Positions 44,186 through 56,359 of a stretch of DNA of 56,359 nucleotides are shown here, in pieces; position 1 is the stretch's first letter, and the number at the start of each line of letters is the position of its first letter. The stretch is from Macrostomum lignano (lineage: Eukaryota). The stretch is from NCBI GenBank assembly GCA_002269645.1, contig NIVC01004181.1:1-56359 (forward strand), read 5' to 3'. The notes under the pieces were generated by a model, which was not told the DNA's origin, ran no database searches, and saw only the letters and a list, made by a program, of their open reading frames with translations. A program made the position numbers and the translations under genes.

Positions 44186-44878
44186 CGAGGGTTGTCCCAG
44201 AAATAGCGGCAAAAACTGGTACAGAGGCTGATTGTGATATTCGAATTTGATGCAACTTGCGTCATAAGTAAAAAAATCCAATGCTTGTTTTGCTTTTTAA
44301 ATGGGGTAAAAATGCCAATTCATTAAAAAGTTTGCCTATAATTAGAGCAAGGGGTAGGGGGTAGAGTTACACCAAGTCGAGGGGTCTGCAAAGTCGGTCA
44401 CGCAGCATCGCCATCGCCCTTGACTGATGACTTTTCGACGAAGTCAACCCTCAGCCTGTAGCCTGCAGCTGTTCTGCTTCTGCTTCTGCTTCAGATTAGC
44501 TCCTGCTTTTTTCGAGGGCTTATGTGCTCTTTTGTTTCTCTTCAGCTTCTTTGTTTGCTTCTGTTTTCGAATCGATGGTTCTGACCATAGATATTATATA
44601 ACTGTATAGTTATATAGTTATATAGTATCTATGGTTCTGACTAAGCATCAAAAGTTTAGTCTATGGCCAGCATAGTAGGCTCGACTTGGTGTAACTCTAC
44701 CCCCTACCCCTTGTTCTAATTATAGGCATAACTTTTTAATGATTTGACATTTTTACCTCATTTAAAAAGCAAAACAACCATTGGATTTTTTTCTACTTAT
44801 GACGCAAGTTGCATCAAATTCGAATATCACAGTCAGCTTCTATACCGGTTTTTCCCGCTATTTCTGAGACAACCCTCG
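44186..44878. mobile_element. Mariner-like non-autonomous element with ~195-bp TIRs
   Basis: TA|CGAGGGTTGTC ... GACAACCCTCG|TA; 44186-~44381 is inverted relative to ~44681-44878; ~300-bp unrelated core. Confidence 0.85.
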
Positions 44879-46758
44879 TACTACTGTAAATTTGTATGTA
44901 GAAATCATGTAAGTATTCTACACGTGTACTCGTCCGATATAAAAACAGGTGTTCAAGTATGATTAGATGCACACATGGCTATATATGAAGCTCGCAAAGT
45001 CACGGACTTGTGCGGCTTTGTGAGCATCCTTCTCGTGCATTCACTTGCAATATTCTCGTCATTCGACACTGGGATGAACAATATTCGGTAGGAAAGCCAT
45101 GCATTCATGAATTGTGAAGACAAGAAGATTGGCATATCATCCTGTCCCCCTTGATCATGCACGCCTTGCTGCCTGAATTTGCACATTCTCCACGGACTGC
45201 ATTGGGGCGGAAGACTGGGAGATGGACCTGCTCATTGTGGAGCTTGAATGGTTGGGCAGATTGCCATCAGCCTGCACTGCAGTATCTTGAGCATTCATCT
45301 GCTTGCCTCATGAATTTCATCGGGCTCGGATCTGGCTCATTCCCTCTTCCTACACCGACCGGACCGCAATTTTATGATCTCAAGCAGACTCGAGTAGGGC
45401 TGGCTGTCGTATTCGACATGGGACCCGCGGCGGCCGGGTGAATGAAAAGCATAAAAAAGCAGCGTTCGTGCTCTCTTGTTCCGCCGCCCGATCCCGGCCA
45501 CTCTCGGACCGTCCCTTGCTTCCTCCCGACGGAAGGGGCTCTGTGAGCTGCACCCGATTTCATAATTCAGATGGCTGCGTTGCAAGGCTATCAGATTGAT
45601 TTTTATAACAATGCCATCTTTGTAGAATAAACTATCCCATGGGGAGTTTGGTCCTGGATTTTCGATCGCAATATTTTTCTGATGCATAGCTCTCGGAGAT
45701 TAATTAACAACAAAGCAATTACTTCTGGGAATGACGGTTGCTTTAACACACCGATGTTCTTTTATGTGAGGCAATTGGGACTGTTCCACAGCTTTACCAG
45801 AGGGTTGAAGACCACTATAGAGGACTTTGGCTGTGCCAGTAAGTATAAAGATGATGTTGTACAGGACTGGACTCTGCTCCGATTGACTAAACTCTCAAAC
45901 TCTCAAACCTAGCAAGTAAGAAAACGCTCTAAGGTAAGTCCAAAATGCGCGTTGCACCCTGTGTCATCTGCCAAACAGACCACTTTTTACTGGCTCAGTC
46001 TCCCAACCAGAGGCTCTGAATTTATCAATCTGAAAAAATATCAGCCAGTTTTTCCAGACAGACTAAAACTCGAACGTGTGCAGCCCCTGCCAGTGCCTGC
46101 AGCTATATAATCTGTGGCATTGGCTTCCATCCTCATTCCTGCTGCAGCAGCAACTTCGGGCTTTCGTCAACTGGATGCAAAAACTCCCACTGTATGCGTC
46201 CACGGCGAGGCCCTTAGAGGCATGTCAATCAGCACTGCAGACCACTACAATGCCCATGCAGTATTCTCCCGTAGCTACGAGTAAGTAATTGAAGTAGAAA
46301 ATAGGGATGCTCTTTTTGTCACCATTTAGCCAGTTGAATTGATTTATTTTATTGATAGTTATGTATTTCTGCATTAAATGAACCTGCGTGAGCAAAAAAA
46401 GTAGAATTAGACTTTTTCAAGACACAATATGATTTTACAACTTGCTGCTTCCACTTCATTGCAGTTTTGCCATTCGCTTTAGCCAGTTGTCCGTGACACA
46501 CCAACTCAGTTGAGTACCGTACAGGCATCAAACCGTCACCGAGAGCCAATCAAGCCGCTGTTTCGCCTGCCATTGGCCGTCTAGGGCTAGGCTTCCAAAC
46601 TATCCGCGTATAGTCTTGCTACCTCTCTTCCCGTTTTTAAAATATCCCCACTGCCTACCCGACGCCAGCATTCCCTCTCGCGGACTTCTAATCCATTTCC
46701 TTCGCGATCGCGCCATACAGAGAATCAGCAGAACCGAAGAGCTGCCGGCCTCTGTTGA

Positions 46759-48761
46759 ATGAAACGCAGAAGTCGACAGGACGCGGAACTCGCTGTCGCA
46801 ATTGCAGCGCCCGACAGTGCGGCAATGAACAGCGCCGTGACTCTCCCGCTGCACAAGTACACCGTCCAGACCAATAATCGGGCCGTCGAGGCCGACGCTG
46901 ACCCCACGGATGCCGACGCGGACGCGGCAGCCTCTGCTGTAGCTTCTTTTGGAGCGGCGACTGCCGGGCAGTCGGACTTGGCCCCAGTCCGCAGCGCCCT
47001 GCACCGCCAGTTCATCTGCTTCTGCGAGAACACCACTATCCGAGGAATTCCGCGCATCATCAAATCGGAGAGCCGGCGCATCCGGTTACTCTGGATCTTC
47101 TTTGTGGTAGCCCTGTTCGTCGCTTGCATCCTCTGTCTGTCCTTCTTGACGCTGCAGTTCATCGAGTACGACGTGATGCACCCGCCCAGGGTGCTGAAGA
47201 CTACAGCTCGCCGTTTCCCTCCGTAACGCTCTGCAATATGCGACCGCTTTCCTCTGAGGGCCGGCAGCAGCTGCGCCAGCAGGGCTGGAAATATCCGCGC
47301 GACTTCTCCGAATCGTTGGAACTGTTCGCCAGGAACCTGTACTTCTATAACGAGTCAACGAAGTACGTTTACTACAACTTCTCCGGCTCGATGGGTTTCC
47401 CAGCCTACCTGGAGAGCCTGCCAAGAAGCGCCAGCCGCGACATCGGGCACACTCTCCAGGATTTTATTCTCGACTGTCGGGCGGTCATCCGGAACGGCAG
47501 CGCCCGCAACCTGAAATTCTGCAGTCCCGAGTACGTCTGGGGCGGCAAAGGCTCCGACATGTTCGCCGGTAACTTTCACGCCTTCCTGCACGGCAACTAC
47601 ATGAATTGCTACACCTTGGACTTGCACGAAGAGTTGAGGGACAACACCACCATGGTAGAGATGGCCGTCTACCTAGACAACGAATGGAACCTCGACAATT
47701 TCAACTGCGTGGACTGTTACACCATGGACATCAGCACGCAGCTGTCTGGAGCCGTGCTCACCATCCACTCGGGCGACACCTACCCGGACGTAAATCACGA
47801 GGCCATCCACCTGAAAGCCGGCTCCCTGACTGAGGTGAAGCTCAAACACGTGTTGAACGTTCAGAAGCAGGCGCCCTACGGCCGGTGCTCGCAGGACACG
47901 CAGAGGAACCTTAACCTGTTCGGTCGGGAGTACAAATACAGCGAGGACGCCTGCCGACAGGCCACAATCCAGCGGGACATTCTCAATACCTGCGGCTGCC
48001 AGGCCATCGAGTATCCGCTGGTGCGCGAATCGAATTTCACCTACTGCACCGGCCTGGAGGAGTTTCTGCGCAGCGACGGCTGCAACTGGGCCACGGCCGA
48101 GAACGATCAGAAACGGCTGGCCGACTGCAGTGCCACCCTGCAGAAAGTCTACGGCTATATCCGCTGCAAGAATGACGTCATTTCCAAGTACTCCAAGGAC
48201 GTGGTGGAGAGCTGCACGCTGCCCTGCTCGTTTTACAGCTACCAGACCGAGCGGTCGACATCCGACTGGCCGACCAGGTCGTTCCAGCTGCGCCTGCTCA
48301 ACAGCCGGGTCTACAGCCGCCTGCTGAACAGGAAGGAGATGAAGGCCTACAGGAAGGCTATAGAAAAGCTGAATAACAACGGCAGCATCCAGGAGGCCTA
48401 CGAGATGCTGAAGCACGAAAACCTGCTGGAACGGAACCTGCTGTCTATCCAGCTGATCCGGCCGAACTTCGATCTGCACAAGGTTGAGGAAAAAGAGGTC
48501 CTGTCTCTGACCTCCTTCCTGAGCCAGATTGGCGGCTTGTTCTCTATATTCGTCGGCCTGACAATGATCTCCGTGGTAGAGCTAATCGACTTTTTCATCC
48601 ACTGCTACGAAATTTGCACCAGGCAGAGCCGCGGCGTTGGCGGAGCCTCCGCCGTCAGGAGGTGCGATGGAGCGGCCAGCCGCTCGGAGGCGGACGTCCT
48701 GCTGCCGGCTGTGGCCGCCGGGCCGCGACCTCATCAGAAGCTGCCGAATGCTGACAGCTGA
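46759..48761 (+). CDS. Intronless DEG/ENaC (amiloride-sensitive Na+ channel family) subunit, ~667 aa, one frameshift at ~47199
   Basis: ORF 46759..47226 gives FCENTTIRGIPRI and TM1. ORF 47124..48761 gives FPSVTLCN, a Cys-rich thumb (CRQ...CGC, CTLPC) and TM2 FLSQIGGLFSIFVGLTMISVVE. The two join by inserting one base in CTG AAG (G)AC TAC. AATAAA at 49301. Confidence 0.9.
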
Positions 48762-49869
48762 CGGGAAATCCGATTCACTCTTGGCGACTCTTGACTGGTT
48801 GAGCAGAGGATTGGGACTTTGAGATCCATGGTGAAGGGTCGGCAAGGGCCTCAAAGGAGGAGTTTCTCTCGTCCGAGCATGCCGGACACTGGAAACATTT
48901 TCCAATTTTTGCTGATAGATCCCGAAGGTCCTTCAATCTGTTGATAGAAAAGAAGTTCACCGGGACATTGGGTCAGTGAAAAGACAGTAGATGTAAATGT
49001 ATTCTCCCGCTGTTAGCTGTTGCTGTTGAGGTCAGGCGGTTCCCCATCTCTAGATACTATATTTCAGTAATTCATTGTTGTAACTCACTGTTGCCATGGT
49101 TGCAGTATCCTCATTTTTGGTATGAATCAAAATCAACTTTTTTGTGTTCGTGCTTATATAGTTTTGTCTGGTCTCTCTGGCTGTCTCTATGGAGGCCTCG
49201 CCTATTTTAGCGTCGTCAATTATCTAGCTAGAAGAGCCCAGTCCGGCTGGCTGATGCAGTGCTGCTCTCTATAAAAATCAATCGATAGCTTATTAGCAGA
49301 AATAAAACCTGTGGAAGAAACTGAGCGATTCGGGAGCTTAGCATTGGACTCGAAGATGTCTGTTTTTTTCGTTTTTACGCTACATATCGGTAACTGACCC
49401 TACAGTTTATTTTGCTTGCTGGGGTGGGGGGATTTGTGGACTGCTAGGCTTTCTCTCAAAATGCAGTTATTTAAATTCTAATAACTAAAAATTCAGAGTC
49501 AGCTATAAAAACCAATGAGGTTTTTAACGAAAGCATGGAGTGGAATTGTTAGGTAGCTAATTAACTATGCGTTTAAAGGCTGCTGTCGCGAGCAATACCC
49601 AAAAAAATACTAGGAATAATAAATCAAAGCAACGAACCCATTCGCCGGGGGAGAGTAGAGGGGACGACAGAAAAGAAAGCAACGATTTAATCCGTTTGTT
49701 TCATACTGAAGCAGCCAATTCCCAAATGACTTGCACTAATGGGGCGGATCTGAACGGGCCTTAGAAATCGCCTCTGCTTTTTATGTGTTTCAATGCCTGC
49801 CTTTTTAATTTACTGAGGGTTGCCTTATTTTTTAGTAATTAATAAAAGAAGTAACGAGGCAGAAATGAG

Positions 49870-50770
49870 GGTGAGATGGGGGAAAGGTGAGGGAGAGATG
49901 AGGGAGAGGAGCAGGAGAGGTGAGGGAGAGATGAGGGAGAGGAAAGGGAGAGGAGCGGGAGAGGTGAGGGAGAGGTGAGGGAGAGGAGCGGGAGAGATGA
50001 GGGAAAGGTGAGGGAGAGATGAGGGAGAGGAGCGGGAGAGGTGAGGGAGAGGAGCGGGAGAGGTGAGGGAGAGATGAGGGAGAGGAGCGGGAGAGGTGAG
50101 GGAGAGGTGAGGGAGAGGAGCGGGAGAGGTGAGGGAGAGGAGCGGGAGAGGTGAGGGAGAGATGAGGGAGAGGAGCGGGAGAGGTGAGGGAGAGATGAGG
50201 GAGAGGAGCGGGAGAGGTGAGGGAGAGGAGCGGGAGAGGTGAGGGAGAGGAGCGGGAGAGGTGAGGGAGAGGAGCGGGAGAGGTGAGGGAGAGGAGCGGG
50301 AGAGATGAGGGAGAGGTGAGGGAGAGGTGAGGGAGAGGAGCGGGAGAGATGAGGGAAAGGTGAGGGAGGGATGAGGGAGGGGTGAGGGAGAGATTAGGGA
50401 AAGGTGAGGGACAGATAAGGGAAAGGTGAGGGAGAGGAGCGGGAGAGGTGAGGGAGAGGTGAGGGAGAGGAGCGGGAGAGATGAGGGAAAGGTGAGGGAG
50501 AGATGAGGGAGAGGTGAAGGAGAGGTGAGGGAGAGGTGAGGGAGAGATGAGGGAGAGGTGAAGGAGAGGTGAAGGAGAGGTGAGGGAGAGATGAGGGAGA
50601 GGTGAAGGAGAGGTGAGGGAGAGATGAGGGAGAGGAGCGGGAGAGGTGAGGGAGAGATGAGGGAGAGGTGAAGGAGAGGTGAGGGAGAGGTGAGGGAGAG
50701 ATGAGGGAGAGGTGAAGGAGAGGTGAGGGAGAGGTGAGGGAGAGGTGAGGGAGAGGTGAAGGAGAGGTAG
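49870..50770. repeat. Purine-rich short-unit satellite (GAGGGAGAGGT/GAGGAGCGGGA variants)
   Basis: Low-complexity tandem units; ORF 49832..50788 is an artefact. Confidence 0.9.
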
Positions 50771-51759
50771 GAGATAATTAACGGACATGATAGGCAGTGG
50801 AGTAGACTAAAGAAACAGATGGAGAAGAAGGAAAGAGGCTATTAGGAGACAGGTCGGTGAGGCAGTGGCAAGAGAAGCTGCTAGCAGCGACCGCCGGTTC
50901 AGCGTCAGACGAGCTGAATTCGCCGCTGCCAGCTCGGCAATGTCTGGCAAACTGCTGCTTGAGCAGCTCGGCAGTTTGACTAATCCAGCAGCAGCTCTCC
51001 CCAACCAGCATAGGGATTTCGTGGGTATCGGGGAAGAGGACTGCTGCCTCCCCCCCCCCCAGGTCCAACCCCAACCACTGAGATCCCTTCCCCAATCCCG
51101 GCCTAGAATCCACGCGCACAGAGAGATCAATGCTGCACCTCGCTGGCCGAATCCCAGAGGACTGTGGGGCAATCAATTTGTTGTAAAACAGGACTGTCTG
51201 GGATATACTTGCGCGCGGAGTTATCCCAGGAAAATCCTGCAGCCGGATAATAGTGGAAGCAGAGAGGCGAACGACAATCTGAACTGTGGAAGGCTCGGAG
51301 ACAAACGACGGCATAAATTGTAGATTTTATTGCAATTGCGGTTGTGTGCAGGAGGGCCTGCTCAGGCAAAGTGGATTTTATAATTACTGCTCAAGCGGCT
51401 AGGCTTGGCTGCTAAAAAGTGATTTTTTATTATTCGGCGACAGGGCAGTTTTATTAGCTTAGCTGTGGCCAAATGCTGTCCTGATGGGGTCTGTGACAGT
51501 GGCCTCGCTTGTCCGGTCCGCTGGACTGTAAAATTGCTTAATTGAGTCTGTAAGCCTCACCCTCGTGGAGGGCTTAATGAATGAGCAGAAGTGATAAACG
51601 AGTTACAGCAGCATTTATAAAGTCGAGAAAACAAAGCGATTAATAAAATAACCGATGTGAGATAAAAATAACCGATTTTTTTCCAAATAGAATCTGTGAG
51701 AACAATGAGCACGAGGGAGTGAGGACAATGGAAAAGATGCAAAGGAAGAGGAGAGAGAG

Positions 51760-54700
51760 AGAGAGAGGGAGAGAGAGAGAGATAGAGAAAATTAAGGGAG
51801 ACAAGAGAGAGAGAGAGAATTGAGGGAGACAAGAGAGAGGAGAGAGAATTGAGAGAGACAAGAGAGAGAGAGAATTGAGGGAGACAAGAGAGAGAAGAGA
51901 GAATTGAGGGAGACAAGAGAGAGGAGAGAGAATTGAGGGAGAAAGAGAGAGAGAGAGAATTGAGGGAGACAAGAGAGAGGAGAGAGAATTGAGGGAGACA
52001 AGAGAGAAGAGAGAGAATTGAGGGAGACAAGAGAGAGAGAGAGAATTGAGGGAGACAAGAGAGAGGAGAGAGAATTGAGGGAGACAAGAGAGAAGAGAGA
52101 GAATTGAGGGAGACAAGAGAGAAAAGAGAGAATTGAGGGAGACAAGAGAGAGAGAGAGAATTGAGGGAGACAAGAGAGAAGAGAGAGAATTGAGGAGACA
52201 AGAGAGAAGAGAGAGAATTGAGGAGACAAGAGAGGGAGAGAGAGAATTGAGGGAGACAAGAGAGAGGAGAGAGAATTGAGGGAGACAAGAGAGAAGAGAG
52301 AGAATTGAGGGAGACAAGAGAGAGGAGAGAGAATTGAGGGAGACAAGAGAGAAGAGAGAGAATTGAGGGAGACAAGAGAGAAGAGAGAGAATTGAGGGAG
52401 ACAAGAGAGAGGAGAGAGAATTGAGGGAGACAAGAGAGAAGAGAGAGAATTGAGGGAGACAAGAGAGAAGAGAGAGAATTGAGGGAGACAAGAGAGAGGA
52501 GAGAGAATTGAGGGAGACAAGAGAGAGAGAGAGAATTGAGGGAGACAAGAGAGAGGAGAGAGAATTGAGGGAGACAAGAGAGAAGAGAGAGAATTGAGGG
52601 AGACAAGAGAGAAAAGAGAGAATTGAGGGAGACAAGAGAGAAGAGAGAGAATTGAGGGAGACAAGAGAGAGGAGAGAGAATTGAGGGAGACAAGAGAGAA
52701 AGAGAGAATTGAGGGAGACAAGAGAGAGGAGAGAGAATTGAGGGAGACAAGAGAGAGAGAGAGAATTGAGGGAGACAAGAGAGAAGAGAGAGAATTGAGG
52801 GAGACAAGAGAGAAGAGAGAGAATTGAGGGAGACAAGAGAGAGGAGAGAGAATTGAGGGAGACAAGAGAGAGAGAGAGAATTGAGGGAGACAAGAGAGAG
52901 AGAGAGAATTGAGGGAGACAAGAGAGAGGAGAGAGAATTGAGGGAGACAAGAGAGAAGAGAGAGAATTGAGGGAGACAAGAGAGAGGAGAGAGAATTGAG
53001 GGAGACAAGAGAGAGGAGAGAGAATTGAGGGAGACAAGAGAGAGAGAGAGAATTGAGGGAGACAAGAGAGAGAGAGAGAATTGAGGGAGACAAGAGAGAG
53101 GAGAGAGAATTGAGGGAGACAAGAGAGAGAGAGAGAATTGAGGGAGACAAGAGAGAGGAGAGAGAATTGAGGGAGACAAGAGAGAGGAGAGAGAATTGAG
53201 GGAGACAAGAGAGAAAAGAGAGAATTGAGGGAGACAAGAGAGAAGAGAGAGAATTGAGGGAGACAAGAGAGAGGAGAGAGAATTGAGGGAGACAAGAGAG
53301 AAGAGAGAGAATTGAGGGAGACAAGAGAGAAGAGAGAGAATTGAGGGAGACAAGAGAGAGGAGAGAGAATTGAGGGAGACAAGAGAGAAAGAGAGAATTG
53401 AGGGAGACAAGAGAGAAGAGAGAGAATTAAGGGAGACAAGAGAGAAGAGAGAGAATTGAGGGAGACAAGAGAGAGAGAGAGAATTGAGGGAGACAAGAGA
53501 GAAGAGAGAGAATTGAGGGAGACAAGAGAGAAGAGAGAGAATTGAGGGAGACAAGAGAGAAGAGAGAGAATTGAGGGAGACAAGAGAGAGGAGAGAGAAT
53601 TGAGGGAGACAAGAGAGAAGAGAGAGAATTGAGGGAGACAAGAGAGAGGAGAGAGAATTGAGGGAGACAAGAGAGAAGAGAGAGAATTGAGGGAGACAAG
53701 AGAGAGGAGAGAGAATTGAGGGAGACAAGAGAGAGGAGAGAGAATTGAGGGAGACAAGAGAGAGGAGAGAGAATTGAGGGAGACAAGAGAGAAGAGAGAG
53801 AATTGAGGGAGACAAGAGAGAGGAGAGAGAATTGAGGGAGACAAGAGAGAAAAGAGAGAATTGAGGGAGACAAGAGAGAAGAGAGAGAATTGAGGGAGAC
53901 AAGAGAGAAAAGAGAGAATTGAGGGAGACAAGAGAGAAGAGAGAGAATTGAGGGAGACAAGAGAGAGAGAGAGAATTGAGGGAGACAAGAGAGAAGAGAG
54001 AGAATTGAGGGAGACAAGAGAGAAGAGAGAGATTGAGGGAGACAAGAGAGAGAGAGAGAATTGAGGGAGACAAGAGAGAGAGAGAGAATTGAGGGAGACA
54101 AGAGAGAGGAGAGAGAATTGAGGGAGACAAGAGAGAGAGAGAATTGAGGGAGACAAGAGAGAAGAGAGAGAATTGAGGGAAGAGAAGAGAGAGAGAATTG
54201 AGGGAGACAAGAGAGAAAGAGAGAATTGAGGGAGACAAGAGAGAGGAGAGAGAAATTGAGGGAGACAAGAGAGAAGAGAGAGAATTGAGGGAGACAAGAG
54301 AGAAGAGAGAGAATTGAGGGAGACAGAGAAAAGAAGAATTGAGGGAGACAAGAGAGAAGAGAGAGAAATTGAGGGAGACAAGAGAGAAGAGAGAGAATTG
54401 AGGAAGACAAGAGAGGGAGAGAGAGAATTGAGGGAGACAAGAGAGAGGAGAGAGAATTGAGGGAGACAAGAGAGAAAAGAGAGAGAATTGAGGGAGGCAA
54501 GAGAGAGGAGAGAGAATTGAGGGAGACAAGAGAGAAGAGAGAGAATTGAGGGAGACAAGAGAGAAGAGAGAGAATTGAGGGAGACAAGAGAGAGGAGAGA
54601 GAATTGAGGGAGACAAGAGAGAAGAGAGAGAATTGAGGGAGACAAGAGAGAAGAGAGAGAATTGAGGGAGACAAGAGAGAAAGAGAGAATTAAGGGAGAC

Positions 54701-56359
54701 AAGAGAGAAGAGGAGAGATTGAGGGAGACAAGAGAGAGGAGAGAGAATTGAGGGAGACAAGAGAGAAGAGAGAGAATTGAGGGAGACAAGAGAGAAGAGA
54801 GAGAATTGAGGGAGACAAGAGAGAAGAGAGAGAATTGAGGGAGACAAGAGAGAAGAGAGAGATTGAGGGAGCAAGAGAGGAGAGAGAATTGAGGGACAAG
54901 AGAGAGAGAGAGAATTGGGAGACAAGAGAGAAAAGAGAGAGAATTGAGGAGACAAGAGAGAAGAGAGAGAATTGAGGAGACAAGAGAGAGAGAGAGATAT
55001 TGAGGAGACAAGAGAGAAGAGAGAGAATTGAGGGAGACAAGAGAGAAGAGAGAGAATTGAGGGAGACAAGAGAGAGGAGAGAATTGAGGGAGACAAGAGA
55101 GAGAAGAGAGAGAATTGAGGGAGACAGGAGAGAGAGAGAATTGAGGGAGACAAGAGAGAGAGAGAATTGAGGGAGACAAGAGAGGAGAGAGAATGAGGGA
55201 GACAAGAAGAGGAGAGAGAATTGAGGAGAAGAGAGAAAGAGAGAATTGAGGGAGACAGAGAGAAAAGAGAGAATGAGGGAGACAAGAGAGAAGAGAGAGA
55301 ATTGAGGGAGACAAGAGAGGAGAGAGAATTGAGGGAGACAAGAGAGAAGAGAGAGAATTGAGGGAGACAAGAGAGAAGGAGAAGAGAATTGAGGGAGACA
55401 AGAGAGAAAGAGAGAATTGAGGGAGACAAGAGAGAAGAGAGAGAATTGAGGGAGACAAGAGAGAAAGAGAGAATTGAGGAGACAAGAGAGAAGAGGAGAA
55501 TTGAGGGAGACAAGAGGAGAGAGAATTGAGGGACAAGAGAGAAGAGAGAGAATTGAGGGAGACAAGAGAGAAGAGAGAGAATTGAGGGAGACAAGAGAGA
55601 GGAGAGAGAATTGAGGGAGACAAGAGAGAGGAGAGAGAATTGAGGAGACAAGAGAGAGAGAGAGAATTGAGGGAGACAAGAGAGAGAGGAGAAATTGAGG
55701 AGACAAGAGAGAAGAGAGATTGAGGGAGACAAGAGAGAGGAGAGAGAATTGAGGGAGACAAGAGAGAAGAGAGAGAGAATTGAGGGAGACAGAGAGAGAG
55801 AGAGAGGGAGACAAAGAAGAGAGAATTGAGGGAGACAAGAGAGAAGAGAGAGAATTGAGGGAGAACAAGAGAGAAGAGAGAGAATTGAGGGAGACAAGAG
55901 AAGAAGAGGATGAGGGAGAACAAGAGAGAGGAGAGAGAATTGAGGGAGACAGAGAGAGAGAGAGAATTGAGGAGACAAGAGAGAAGAGAGAATTGAGGGA
56001 GACAAGAGAGAAGAGAGAGAATTGAGGGAGACAAGAGAGAGAGAGAGAATTGAGGGAGACAAGAGAGAGAGAGAGAATTGAGGGAGACAAGAGAGAGGAG
56101 AGAGAATTGAGGGAGACAAGAGAAAGAGAGAGAATTGAGGAGACAAGAGAGAGGAGAGAATTGAGGGAGACAGAGGAGGAGAGAATTGAGGGAGACAAGA
56201 GAGAGAGAGAGAATGAGGGAGACAGAGAGAGAGAGTAGAGAGAATTGAGGGAGACAAGAGAGAGAGAGAGATGAGGGAGACAAGAGAGAAGAGAGAATTG
56301 AGGGAGAGAGAGAGGAGAGAGAATTGAGGGAGACAAGAGAGAGAGAGAGAATTGAGGGA
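51760..56359. repeat. Polypurine satellite, ~27-29-bp unit GAGAGAATTGAGGGAGACAAGAGAGA(A/G), running off the window end
   Basis: More than 4.5 kb of tandem units; the Leu/Ser ORFs on the minus strand are artefacts. Confidence 0.95.

Noticed and set aside
45640-45690. NIAIENPGP on the minus strand resembling a 2A ribosome-skip motif of a LINE
   Set aside because: It does not fit D(V/I)ExNPGP (no Asp, one residue short), and no recognisable endonuclease or RT follows.
44950-46300. Coding-like sequence upstream of the channel gene
   Set aside because: Multiple stops in all frames and no identifiable family.
47190-47210. Programmed -1 ribosomal frameshift in the DEG/ENaC gene
   Set aside because: No slippery heptamer; a single-base deletion explains it more simply.
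50778-51369. Overlapping 120-180-aa ORFs between the purine arrays
   Set aside because: No motif, no consistent splice model, and ORFs on both strands.
51557-56336. ORFs of up to 1566 aa on the minus strand
   Set aside because: Leu/Ser/Pro translations of a stop-free pyrimidine satellite, open in several frames at once.

Overview
Eukaryotic, intron-rich genomic DNA from an invertebrate. GC-rich exons with minisatellite-filled introns resemble Macrostomum flatworm DNA (inference only). No prokaryotic features or CRISPR arrays. Four protein genes lie on the + strand: (1) the last 6 exons of an FG-GAP/FAM234-like gene (1002-5890); (2) an AHCYL/IRBIT-type S-adenosylhomocysteinase-like gene (9 coding exons, 24220-31463) with a GC-AG intron, an intronic tRNA-Arg(UCU), and a probable alternative N-terminal exon 8.5 kb upstream of exon 2 (17392-17494); (3) an orphan class I SAM-dependent methyltransferase with a coding 33-bp minisatellite tail (41191-42354); (4) an intronless DEG/ENaC channel with one frameshift and atypical gating/selectivity motifs (46759-48761). 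Mobile DNA includes a decayed 3-kb PHD-FLYWCH-MULE transposon with a TSD, five MITEs of several types, and two tRNA-derived CORE-like SINEs. There are more than ten minisatellite arrays, ending in a >4.5-kb polypurine satellite. The strongest unexplained signal is two sharply bounded CpG-depleted domains (about 9.35-17.3 kb excluding the MULE, and 38.6-41.15 kb). Each ends at a coding-exon acceptor, and together they hold all 15 copies of the palindrome TAGGCCTA that I could find. Counts were made by eye and should be recomputed.
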